In this document: positions 55,460-63,672 of the stretch, piece after piece | Layout of the letters: every line of letters starts with the position of its first letter | How positions within the stretch are numbered: the stretch's first letter is position 1 | Source of the DNA: Pseudomonadota bacterium | GTDB lineage: Bacteria; Pseudomonadota; Alphaproteobacteria; Sphingomonadales; Sphingomonadaceae | NCBI GenBank assembly: GCA_040388515.1 | Contig: JAZKBQ010000004.1 | Coordinates: forward strand, 182,382 to 246,381 | Length of the DNA: 64,000 nucleotides | Direction of reading: 5' to 3' | The notes under the pieces: model-generated | Told to the model about the DNA's origin: nothing | Seen by the model: the letters and a program-made list of their open reading frames with translations, nothing else | The model's database searches: none | Position numbers and translations under genes: made by a program

Positions 55460-56889
55460 GCGTTGCTGAGGTCGTACGAGACCTTCGGTGCCCACATCGC
55501 CATGATGAATGCGTCCGCAAGGTTTGGTGAAGGCTGAGGCCCGCCGGGGCGGTTCTTCTTCGCCAGATCCTTCTTGCTCTCGACCTTCACCTTGCCGGCG
55601 TTGTCGTAGTCTCGCTTCGGCGTACAAAGCTCGTCGATGAGGCGGGGTAGATTGTCGAGCTCAGACGAGATGAAGATCATATCGGCCTGGTCGAATGTCG
55701 CGCCCCGTTTCACCGCGTTGAATGTATTGCGGAACCGATCGGCGACGTTCCACCACGCCTGCGCTTTCACGTTCGAGAACATCTCCTTGTTCGTCTTCGG
55801 AGGATGCGCACGGGTGTAGGCCGCGTCAGGACTGGCCACGGCACCGCCGGCATTGAAACCGGTGTGTCGTACGGTATCGCCGGGCGTATTCAGTTCGTTG
55901 ACCTTGGCGCCGACACCAGCGCCCACGCCGATGCTGTCGTACGTCAGCTGCGCATCGCGCTCCGCGGCGGCCGCACGAGCACGCGTCGCGGATTTGAGCA
56001 GCTCGTCTTCGCCGCCTTTCCACATGTCCGACCAGGTCGCGAGCGGACCGAGCGCATGAATGAGTGCGTTCTTGTCGGCACCGCTGTCGGCAACGTCAAA
56101 GCCGATCCGGCTTGCACCGCTGGGAGTGATGCCCAGCTTCTCGTGCGCGTCGATCGCCGCCATGACCCACGATCGCTTGATGACCGCGCCCGCATCATCG
56201 TCCTTGGGGATGCCCAGGTAGACGTGCTGGAATTCGTCCTCGTCCTCGTCCTTGGCCGCGTCGATCACACGCAGCATGGTCTCGGAGAGGAAAGGGTTTT
56301 CGGTGTAGTTGATAACCCGGGCGATGGTGCCAGGCGGCGGGTTGAGCACGAAGCGACGCCAGGCAAAGTCGGTCGACAAGATCGGATTGAACACAATCCA
56401 GAACTGCGAGCCCGCCTTGCGGATCGTCGGTTCGAGGATCTTCCACTGCTCCTGCGTCAGCGCATGCGCTTCCTCGAGCCAGCAAATGTCGATCCCTTCG
56501 AGGGATTTGATCTCGGAGATGTGGCGCCAGAGCCCGTAGAAAATGAACTCGGAACCGGTCCGCTTGTGGATGATCTTGTTGTCGAGAATGCGGAATTGCC
56601 GCTGCAGTCCGAACCGCTCGATTTGCAGCACGAGCAGCGAATAGACCGATTCCTCGATCTTGTTCTGAAACTGGCGAGCGCACAGGACTTTGATCTTGAG
56701 GTTGCACGCTAGGTAGATCGCGAAGCCCGCCGCATCCCATGACTTCGACGAGGCTCGACCGCCATACAGGACGCGATTGCGGATCGGCTCCTGCCGCTCG
56801 TTGACCCGAGCCAGCCAGAAATCCTGCAGCGTGGGATTGAGCGTCGGTCCGCCGTTGTGGCCGATACCCGCGATGGGTTCAGCCAGCAT
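55456..56889 (-). CDS. Terminase large subunit (PBSX/Terminase_3-like)
   Basis: Trimmed to MLAEPIAG. Walker A-like YGGRASSKSWD and a C-terminal nuclease half. Confidence 0.85.
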   Translation of the reverse strand: MLAEPIAGIGHNGGPTLNPTLQDFWLARVNERQEPIRNRVLYGGRASSKSWDAAGFAIYLACNLKIKVLCARQFQNKIEESVYSLLVLQIERFGLQRQFRILDNKIIHKRTGSEFIFYGLWRHISEIKSLEGIDICWLEEAHALTQEQWKILEPTIRKAGSQFWIVFNPILSTDFAWRRFVLNPPPGTIARVINYTENPFLSETMLRVIDAAKDEDEDEFQHVYLGIPKDDDAGAVIKRSWVMAAIDAHEKLGITPSGASRIGFDVADSGADKNALIHALGPLATWSDMWKGGEDELLKSATRARAAAAERDAQLTYDSIGVGAGVGAKVNELNTPGDTVRHTGFNAGGAVASPDAAYTRAHPPKTNKEMFSNVKAQAWWNVADRFRNTFNAVKRGATFDQADMIFISSELDNLPRLIDELCTPKRDYDNAGKVKVESKKDLAKKNRPGGPQPSPNLADAFIMAMWAPKVSYDLSNA

Positions 56890-57403
56890 CGGCCTTTGCC
56901 TCGCCGGCGCCATAGAAATCGGCAAGGCTTGGCGGGCTCATGCTGCCATCGGAGCTGGTGTGATCGATCTGCTCGCGGAATGCGCTGACGAACACGTGCT
57001 TGCCGAGCATCTCAAGGCGACGTCCACGATCGGCGAGCTTGATCTTGTGGACCGTCTCGCCATCACCGTCGACGATGGTTTCGATGCCCGCGACAAGCCC
57101 TTTACGCCAGATGCTCGGCCAGTCCTTTACCGGCTTGAGCTTGCCCGCATCGTCGTAAAGATCGGACAGATCGGCATCAACCTCCTCGCCGAGCCGGCGC
57201 AGGACCCAGTCGGCGTCGATTTTGGTCCGTTCCGATCGGCTCAGCTGCCCCGCGGTGATTGCGGCCTGCACCTTAACATTTCTGCACAGCCGCGCGGCCT
57301 GCTGCTCGGCTGTTTTAGCGCTGTACCCGGCGCGAATGGCCGCCTGCGTCCCGTTGAGGTCGAGCAGGTACTCATCAACAAATCGCTGTTGCTTGGGGGT
57401 CAT
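56879..57403 (-). CDS. Terminase small subunit (Terminase_2-like)
   Basis: MTPKQQRFVDEYLLDLNGTQAAIRAGYSAKTAEQQAARL is the canonical opening (alternative start TTG 57412). Confidence 0.85.
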   Translation of the reverse strand: MTPKQQRFVDEYLLDLNGTQAAIRAGYSAKTAEQQAARLCRNVKVQAAITAGQLSRSERTKIDADWVLRRLGEEVDADLSDLYDDAGKLKPVKDWPSIWRKGLVAGIETIVDGDGETVHKIKLADRGRRLEMLGKHVFVSAFREQIDHTSSDGSMSPPSLADFYGAGEAKADAG

Positions 57404-57412
57404 GTCGCCCAA

Positions 57413-57730
57413 CTATCCCTTCTTTTTTCCGCCGCTTAGAGCCGTCAGCGTCCGGCCCAACACATACCGCGACGCCCGGTTCTTCGACCGCAGGGCAGGG
57501 CGTGCGGTGGCGCCAGTAACTGCTCGACGTTCGGCCCGAAGCTCTTCACCCCCGGCCTCGTCGATCCACCGCCTGATGACCCGCCAGTTCGTCCGGTAAT
57601 GATCCCTGATCTCGATCGAGTTCCCGAGGCGCAGGAACACCTCGCGGAAATCGGCGGGGAGGGGACGGTACGGTCGGATATCGCCCTGATCCCAGCGGCG
57701 TTGCCGACGCGGAGGATCGGCGGCGGTCAC
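57413..57730 (-). CDS. Hypothetical protein upstream of terS (possible late regulator/DNA-binding protein)
   Basis: 105-aa basic ORF. Its 3' end carries motif copy 5. Confidence 0.45.
   Translation of the reverse strand: MTAADPPRRQRRWDQGDIRPYRPLPADFREVFLRLGNSIEIRDHYRTNWRVIRRWIDEAGGEELRAERRAVTGATARPALRSKNRASRYVLGRTLTALSGGKKKG
57436..57448 (-). promoter_or_regulatory. Late-region 13-nt motif copy 5 (one mismatch)
   Basis: CTGACGGCTCTAA inside the last codons of the 57413 gene, 45 nt before the terS ATG at 57403. Confidence 0.6.
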
Positions 57731-58812
57731 TGCAGCGTCGCCCCTTCCTGGGGTGGGCCGCTGGCCTCACGGGCAGCGATCGCGGCAACGACGGCGGGTC
57801 GCTCCTCGCGCTGCCATCGTTCCTCCTCGGCTTCCTCTTCCTCGCGGAGCTTTCGGGCCTGCTCCTCGCGCCACTGGCTCTCGCGCAGTGCCGCCTTGCC
57901 CCGTTCGACCTCCGCCTCGTCCTCGGCGACCTTGTCGCGGATCGCCTGGTCGAATGCCTTGAACCGGAACGGGCCTCGACCTCGGGTCCGCATCTCGTCG
58001 GAGACGCGGCGGATCGTGGGCAGCACGTCGCGGTCGAAGTCGATACCGGGGATCTTGGCCCATGCGTCGAAATGCGCCCGCCAGTCATCCGGAGCCCGAG
58101 CCATCCCGGCGGCTTCGAGGGCGCGGCGCAGGGCATCGCCGGGACCGCCGTCGGTCGGCAGCTGGGCGCGGTCGTATCGCTCGGATTTCTCTTTCGCCGG
58201 TTTCGGTGGATCGTCGGATTGCTCGCCGCCGCCATCGTCGCGTTCGGCTTCGCGCGCGGTTTCAGGAGAGATGCTGTTATTATTATTATCTCCTTCCCTC
58301 CTCTCCATCTGCGAATTATTTTCCATTTTTCGGGGAATTAAATTCCCATCACCGGAATTAATTTCTCCTTTTTGAGGAATTGATTTGTCCGAAGTGTCTG
58401 TTTTTTCAGCGTCGGGTGTTTTGCGCGGTCGGCCCGGGCCACGTTTCGGCAAAGCCTCCTCGGTCGCATTAATTCCAACATATTTTTCGACTTCGGGCGT
58501 GATCGGGTACTGCGCGGTCGGCGATTTCGGGCGCTGGTAAACACGGAAATTGCGGATCGCGCCGAAGCTCCGGCCGTCCACTTCGAACCGCATGATCTGG
58601 TTTGTGCCGCGCAACTCCTCGAGCAGTTCGGACACGTCGAACGCATCTGCCGGGAACAGGCGCATCTTGAGGCCGACCGGCTTCCATTCGAAGACGCCGT
58701 TGTCGTCGGCCTCGTTGCGGATCCCGATGGCGAGCAGGCGGCCAGCCAGCGAAAGCTCCACGAATTCCTCGTCGGTCCACTGACCAGGATGGATGGATCT
58801 GATGCGGCTCAC
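57727..58812 (-). CDS. Replication-initiator-like protein carrying an internal AT-rich iteron island
   Basis: 361 aa, immediately downstream of dnaB. Two conserved-looking domains are separated by a low-complexity linker encoded by the AT-rich segment. Confidence 0.5.
   Translation of the reverse strand: MSRIRSIHPGQWTDEEFVELSLAGRLLAIGIRNEADDNGVFEWKPVGLKMRLFPADAFDVSELLEELRGTNQIMRFEVDGRSFGAIRNFRVYQRPKSPTAQYPITPEVEKYVGINATEEALPKRGPGRPRKTPDAEKTDTSDKSIPQKGEINSGDGNLIPRKMENNSQMERREGDNNNNSISPETAREAERDDGGGEQSDDPPKPAKEKSERYDRAQLPTDGGPGDALRRALEAAGMARAPDDWRAHFDAWAKIPGIDFDRDVLPTIRRVSDEMRTRGRGPFRFKAFDQAIRDKVAEDEAEVERGKAALRESQWREEQARKLREEEEAEEERWQREERPAVVAAIAAREASGPPQEGATLQ
58311..58390. repeat. Four phased iteron-like repeats GGAATTRATTT(N)CC in an AT-rich island (ori candidate)
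   Basis: GAATT cores begin at 58313, 58335, 58355 and 58377, a spacing of 22, 20 and 22 nt. One copy forms the palindrome GGGAATT-A-AATTCCC. The flanking stretch 58277-58400 is strikingly AT-rich in a GC-rich genome. Confidence 0.6.
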
Positions 58813-60269
58813 CGGTAGCCCCCCTCATATTTGCTGCCGCGGATCGCCTGATGGGCCATCCAGTATCGGCACTGCCGCGTTGACGTTTTCGCGTGCCGGA
58901 CCTTGCGGAAGATAAGTTCGACCTTGTCGCGGGACAGCTGGTAGCGATGCTCCCAGTCCTCGCGCTTCTTGTCGCCGGCGGGCGGTTCGGCGGCCTCGAG
59001 GTAATATTCCTCGCGATAAACGAACACGACCACATCGGCGTCCTGCTCGATCGACCCGCTGTCGCGGAGATCGCTGAGTTGCGGGCGCTTGTCCTCGCGC
59101 TGTTCGACCGCGCGGCTCAGCTGCGAAAGCAGCACCAGCGCGATCCCCAACTCCTTCGCGGCCAGCTTCAGGTCGCGCGTCATCTCGGTGATCTCCTGCA
59201 CCTTGTTGCCGCGATCGCGATCGGGTTTCAGGAGCTGCAGATAGTCGACCACCACGACGTCGAGCGTCTTGCCCTTGGCGGCCAGGATGCGCTTGCGCCG
59301 CCGCATGTCCATGATCAACTGGCCGACCGTCATGGCGCCGCGTTCGTGGATGTGGAGCGGCATATCGTCGAGATGCGCACGCGCCTGGTTGATGCGTTCG
59401 CGCTCATAGTTGTTGAGGCGGCCCGCCATCAGCTGCTTGAACGTGAACCCGGCGCCGTCGTCGTAGCAGTGGTCGCTGATGATGCGCGGCAACATCTGCG
59501 CCACGCTCATCTCGAGCTCGTACACATCCGTGTTGAGCCCGGCGAGTGCGGCGCAGCGGGAGACCGAACACGCCAGCGCAGTCTTGCCCATCGCAGGGCG
59601 CCCGGCGAGCACGATGAGGTCGCCGCGGTGCATCGCGCCCAGTCCGTCGTTCCAGTCCTGCAACTGCCCATCGATCTTGAGGCCGGGGTCAGCACGACCA
59701 GCCGCGACATCGTCGAGATGGCCCATCGTCTGATCCCAGGCACGGGCGACGCCGACCGACTTCTTGTTCTCGACCTCGTCACGGCCGAGCGCTTCGCTGA
59801 GCGCGCCGTCGATCGAGGCGACGATAGTGTCGAGATCCTCATAGCCGTCCAGCATGTCGCCCGCGGCCTGCATCCCAGCCTGCATGGCCAGCATGAAACG
59901 CCGACGCTTGGCGAGCGACGAGACCTGCTGGGCGAATTCCTTGACGCCGAGCAATGCCGCGCCGTTCGATGTCAGCTTGGCCAGATAGCCGGGGCCACCC
60001 AAGTCCTTCGCCCATGGGAACTGCTCCATCGCGGGCCGCAGGGTCACCGGACTGGCGAGGCGACCGCCTTCGATCTCGCGTTTGATCAAGCGATAGATCT
60101 CGCCGTGGCAGCCTTCGAAGAAGTCCTCAGGCTTCACGCACGCGGCCGCGGTGCCGAACAGGGCGTTGTCGATCATGATCGCGCCGAGCAGCGCGGCCTC
60201 GGCCTCGACGTTGCTCGGGAGGGTGACGGTCGTATCGGTGGACGAGATCAAGCGCAGGGGTTCCGTCAT
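58809..60269 (-). CDS. dnaB: Replicative DNA helicase
   Basis: 486 aa. N-terminal LPSNVEAEAALLGAIM, Walker A GRPAMGKTA and RecA-like C-terminal domain. Confidence 0.9.
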   Translation of the reverse strand: MTEPLRLISSTDTTVTLPSNVEAEAALLGAIMIDNALFGTAAACVKPEDFFEGCHGEIYRLIKREIEGGRLASPVTLRPAMEQFPWAKDLGGPGYLAKLTSNGAALLGVKEFAQQVSSLAKRRRFMLAMQAGMQAAGDMLDGYEDLDTIVASIDGALSEALGRDEVENKKSVGVARAWDQTMGHLDDVAAGRADPGLKIDGQLQDWNDGLGAMHRGDLIVLAGRPAMGKTALACSVSRCAALAGLNTDVYELEMSVAQMLPRIISDHCYDDGAGFTFKQLMAGRLNNYERERINQARAHLDDMPLHIHERGAMTVGQLIMDMRRRKRILAAKGKTLDVVVVDYLQLLKPDRDRGNKVQEITEMTRDLKLAAKELGIALVLLSQLSRAVEQREDKRPQLSDLRDSGSIEQDADVVVFVYREEYYLEAAEPPAGDKKREDWEHRYQLSRDKVELIFRKVRHAKTSTRQCRYWMAHQAIRGSKYEGGYR

Positions 60270-60460
60270 CGTCCGTTCCAGCGTTCGTAGGCTTTGACAT
60301 AGGCACGCTCGGCTTCGGCCGCGGCGGCGGCGAAATCGGGGTCATCCTTGAGCCGCGGGTTGGCGGCCAGGCGCGCGCAGAAGTCGCAGTGACGTGACCA
60401 CGCGGCGTCCACGACCGCGCGGGTCGGGAGGACGAGCACCTCGGCGAGGGGGCTGCTCAT
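60266..60460 (-). CDS. Small hypothetical protein
   Basis: Trimmed to MSSPLAEVLVLPTRAV. ATGA overlaps. Confidence 0.4.
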   Translation of the reverse strand: MSSPLAEVLVLPTRAVVDAAWSRHCDFCARLAANPRLKDDPDFAAAAAEAERAYVKAYERWNGR

Positions 60461-60606
60461 GCTCGCTTCGCCCGAATTGTTCGCACGATCGATTCGACCG
60501 CGGCGCGCTCCCGCTGATGCAGGCGCAGGTGCGTCATGATGTCGCTCACCGATGTGGTGGTGCTGGTCGCGATGCTCTCGACCTTCCGGCGCTCGGAATC
60601 GGTCAT
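60457..60606 (-). CDS. 49-aa ORF (possible ribbon-helix-helix-like protein)
   Basis: My translation is MTDSERRKVESIATSTTTSVSDIMTHLRLHQRERAAVESIVRTIRAKRA. ATGA overlaps at both ends bridge the two flanking genes. Confidence 0.4.
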   Translation of the reverse strand: MTDSERRKVESIATSTTTSVSDIMTHLRLHQRERAAVESIVRTIRAKRA

Positions 60607-61676
60607 GCCGCCCTCTGGAATGTGGTGCGGGCCTCAAGCCCCAGGTCGAGCAGATCCGTTAGAAACGCATTCAGCGGCGGTCGGCCCTCGGCCTCCCACT
60701 GGCGCAGCACAGCTGTTCGAACGTGCGGCCGGCCGATCAGCGGGATCTCGGCAGCGGCGACCTTGGCACGCTTCCAATCCCGCTTCGTGATCCGGCTGCA
60801 TTCCTTGCAACGTTTGTAGCCGTGCCCGTTCTCATGCGAGTTTTCGGGTGTGCGGGCATGTCCGCACTTGAACGTCGCGCGAGCCGCTGGCGGCGTATAT
60901 TCGGCCATGTACCGGCGCACCCGGTCGACCGTCTTGCCCTGAGGCTGCAACCCGCCGCGCAGCTTGGCCACGAACATCGACTGGTCCATCACCTTCTTGC
61001 TGAAGGTGGACGGTGCAATCCCGTGCTTCGCTAGGAACGCCTCGACCTCAAGCAGCAAATCGCGTTGCCGGGCTTCCACCGGCTGCGGAGACGCTTGTTC
61101 CTCTGGCGCCGGAAGAGCGGCTGCAACCGGTTCCGGCTCCTCGGCTCGCGAGACGTCACGCTCGATCGCAGTTGCAGCCGCGGTCGAGGCGGAGGTCGAT
61201 TCCTCCGCGTTGGGGGCCTTGCGGGCCGTACCAAGCGCCTCTGTGGCATCGATATTTACGCGTTTGATCGGTGTGCGGGGCGTGACCCGTTCTTCGACTG
61301 CGCTGACCAGTTCGTCGATCTCATCATCGGCCGTGCGAGCGGCGCTCGGGATCGACTTCGGATCCGGCGCAGCCTTGATGATCAGCGGCGCCGGCTCGGG
61401 CTTCTGATCGAAGCGCTCAGGATCGAGCATCATTCCGGCGACAAGCCGTCCACCGTAGGACAGCCGCGACAGTTCGACCCACGGGTACGGGCCCTTACCA
61501 AGGATCGTCAGCACGTTGTCGCGCTGCATATCCAGCAGGAGCGATTCCGCCTCGCCGTCATCCCCGAGCTTGGCAAACTTTGCGATCCACGCCAGCGACG
61601 GGCAGCGATTGCCCTTCTGCCGACGGTCGAGCAGCTCGTCGAACAGCTTCATTTTCGTCAGGCGGGAGAACGTCAC
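60603..61676 (-). CDS. Hypothetical early protein with C-terminal Cys/His cluster (DNA-binding or helicase-loader candidate)
   Basis: 357 aa. Contains FKCGHARTPENSHENGHGYKRCKECS. Confidence 0.45.
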   Translation of the reverse strand: MTFSRLTKMKLFDELLDRRQKGNRCPSLAWIAKFAKLGDDGEAESLLLDMQRDNVLTILGKGPYPWVELSRLSYGGRLVAGMMLDPERFDQKPEPAPLIIKAAPDPKSIPSAARTADDEIDELVSAVEERVTPRTPIKRVNIDATEALGTARKAPNAEESTSASTAAATAIERDVSRAEEPEPVAAALPAPEEQASPQPVEARQRDLLLEVEAFLAKHGIAPSTFSKKVMDQSMFVAKLRGGLQPQGKTVDRVRRYMAEYTPPAARATFKCGHARTPENSHENGHGYKRCKECSRITKRDWKRAKVAAAEIPLIGRPHVRTAVLRQWEAEGRPPLNAFLTDLLDLGLEARTTFQRAA

Positions 61677-62266
61677 AGCCCCAACCCTCCGACCGCTTGC
61701 TCGATATCGTCGCCGGTCAGCGCGCGACCGCGGCGCTTCACGCCGTAGGCTTGCGGCATCAGCATGTGCTCGGACCGCCAGGGCGGTGTCTCGCGCCCGT
61801 ATTGCGTGATCAGGTGATCGAGCAGGCCAGCGGCCTCGGCGGCGTTATGGTCGACCGCATCCCAGCCGATCGTGCGGCAGCGATGCGACGCCATCAATTT
61901 CCAGTCGTTGCCCTGTGGCAGCGCGGCGGACCCGTACCAGGTCTTTCGCCATTGGCCGGCGGTGACAAGGTGGAACGGGATCTTCGCGGCCTTGCACGCC
62001 CACTGCGTAAAGCCGGACAGCATGATCTGCTTGCCGATGGTTTTCCCATCGAGATGCGGCGCGATGTACCAGCTCTCTAGCGCGATGCGCTGTGGGCGGT
62101 GCAGCCGCAGGAATTCGCCAAGCCACTGACGGTAGAGCTCGAGCATCGTGCCGGCGTCGTAATCCCAGCCGACGATCTGCTTCGTGCCCAGGATCGGCTT
62201 CTCGCGAGCGCCATCCCAGACGCCCCAGCCAGTCTTTGAAGAGAGGTCGAAGGCCGCGTACCGCAT
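61673..62266 (-). CDS. RuvC-like Holliday junction resolvase
   Basis: MRYAAFDLSSKTGWGVWDG opening with the catalytic Asp. C-terminal DHNAAEAAGL motif. Confidence 0.65.
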   Translation of the reverse strand: MRYAAFDLSSKTGWGVWDGAREKPILGTKQIVGWDYDAGTMLELYRQWLGEFLRLHRPQRIALESWYIAPHLDGKTIGKQIMLSGFTQWACKAAKIPFHLVTAGQWRKTWYGSAALPQGNDWKLMASHRCRTIGWDAVDHNAAEAAGLLDHLITQYGRETPPWRSEHMLMPQAYGVKRRGRALTGDDIEQAVGGLGL

Positions 62267-62354
62267 CAGCGCCGCGCCTCCGACATGACGATCCGGTCAC
62301 CCACGCTAGCGCTATGGGCGTTGAAACGAGCGGCGACCGGATCGACAGGCTTGG

Positions 62355-63032
62355 TCATGCGGCGTCGGGGATCGGGTTTTCGTCGTCGTTCTCGCCGAAC
62401 AAGTCGGCCTGAACGGGAATGCCGAGCGCGGCATTGACGACGGTGATCGACCGGTCGAACTCGGAGCGGACGTCCTTGTCCATCGCGTAGCGGCGCTTGC
62501 CGGCTTTCCACGCGTCCATGTCGATATTCAGCGCTTTGATCTCGGACCGCTTTTCGCTGATCTTGTCGTTGATGTTCTTGCGTTGCTTCTCGAGCGCGAC
62601 GATCGCGTCCGTGTTGTCGCGAATGATCTCGCGCAGTTCCGCCTCGTTGTGGTCGCTCGGCGGCGACGCGCTCTTTTTCGGGCCTCGGGCCATGTCAGTT
62701 CCTTTCGATTGCGGGGTGGGCGCGACGGAGCCTGATTGACGGCCACGGGGTGCAAGCAAGCTCGCGTGCCTAGGAGGGGCTCCCGTCGCTCGGCCGCAAC
62801 CCGGGTGTTTCGCGTTCCCGATCAGGCCTGTTTCGGAGCCGTCGCGCTCCGGAGCATTACATTCCGCGGGAAGCTCATAGGCCTCAGGCGGGGGTGGATT
62901 TTTGAGATCGTCGACTTCGATCAGTCGCGCCTCCGCCATACCGATGCCGGAAACACAGCAGGCGGTTGCGACGGTTTTTCCTTCGCGGCGTGCGATGCGA
63001 TAACGACGCAGGTTAATCGAACCCGCGGTCAT
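62355..63032 (-). CDS. GapR/DUF2312-like DNA-binding protein, possibly with an in-frame N-terminal HTH extension
   Basis: The C-terminal 112 aa (internal ATG 62693 with AAGGAA RBS) resemble GapR: ELREIIRDNTDAIVALEKQRKNINDKISEKRSEIKALNIDMDAWK. The upstream in-frame 113 codons begin at an ATGA overlap with the preceding gene. Confidence 0.5.
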   Translation of the reverse strand: MTAGSINLRRYRIARREGKTVATACCVSGIGMAEARLIEVDDLKNPPPPEAYELPAECNAPERDGSETGLIGNAKHPGCGRATGAPPRHASLLAPRGRQSGSVAPTPQSKGTDMARGPKKSASPPSDHNEAELREIIRDNTDAIVALEKQRKNINDKISEKRSEIKALNIDMDAWKAGKRRYAMDKDVRSEFDRSITVVNAALGIPVQADLFGENDDENPIPDAA

Positions 63033-63487
63033 CCGGCGTTCGCCAAGCTCGACAGCGGCATCACGGCCGCGATCACCTGGTCAGCCGCCGTGCGGCAGTC
63101 GGGCGCCTCGAGGTGATTGATGTGGTTATCGACCGCCGCAGTCGCGATGCGGGACAGTCCCGACATCGCCTTGGCCACAATTTCGCTGGGCGAAACCTTT
63201 TCGGGCTCGTCCATCGGATGGGCGCCGGTGTAGCCGATCAGCGAGAGCACGACATTGACCGCAGGCGCGCCGAGCGCGCAGGCGATCGACAGTGCCGCCG
63301 AGATCGACGGCTCCTTGCCTTCGACGCGATAGGATTTGATCGCACGGGCAGGCACACCGCTCGCGGCTTCAAGCGCGGGGTCGGTCCACCCGTTGCGCTG
63401 CGCGGCGTTCAACAAGCCCTGCATTACCAGGCGGACCTGATCGGGGCTGACAATGGGCGCATTGGCCGCTGACGGCGCTGCGCTCAT
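63029..63487 (-). CDS. HTH regulatory protein (cII-position)
   Basis: 152 aa. WTDPALEAASGVPARAIKSYRVEGKEPSISAALSIACALG is HTH-like. Confidence 0.5.
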   Translation of the reverse strand: MSAAPSAANAPIVSPDQVRLVMQGLLNAAQRNGWTDPALEAASGVPARAIKSYRVEGKEPSISAALSIACALGAPAVNVVLSLIGYTGAHPMDEPEKVSPSEIVAKAMSGLSRIATAAVDNHINHLEAPDCRTAADQVIAAVMPLSSLANAG

Positions 63488-63672
63488 CGTGCATCACCGT
63501 CGGCATGACGCGGATCATAAACCTTGCGCCATGTGTCGCACGTGACCGGCTTGACCGGGGCAGGGCGGACGATCGTACGTGCATGGCCAAAGCGCGAGCG
63601 GGTCTCGACAACGGGTTGCGCGGTCAGGTCGCGGTTTCGCTCGGCGGTTTCGTAATCGGTGGGGGCGGGCAT
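63484..63672 (-). CDS. Small hypothetical early protein
   Basis: Trimmed to MPAPTDYETAERN. Its start shares one base with the cro-like stop (TGATG). Confidence 0.4.
   Translation of the reverse strand: MPAPTDYETAERNRDLTAQPVVETRSRFGHARTIVRPAPVKPVTCDTWRKVYDPRHADGDAR

Noticed and set aside
58311-58390. Short repeat cluster as a CRISPR array or transposon end
   Set aside because: The repeats are only about 14 nt long at about 21-nt spacing, AT-rich, and lie inside an intact ORF. No cas genes or transposase are present. Iterons of an origin fit better.
62266-62358. 30-aa ORF (MTKPVDPVAARFNAHSASVGDRIVMSEARR) bridging the GapR-like and RuvC-like genes with ATGA overlaps
   Set aside because: It is too short and featureless to call. 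It may simply be a coupling spacer, so it is left unannotated.
63467-63479. A sixth copy of the late motif (CTGACGGCGCTGC) on the plus strand
   Set aside because: It has the wrong orientation relative to local transcription, is mismatched at the 3' end, and is buried in coding sequence. It is probably a chance partial match.
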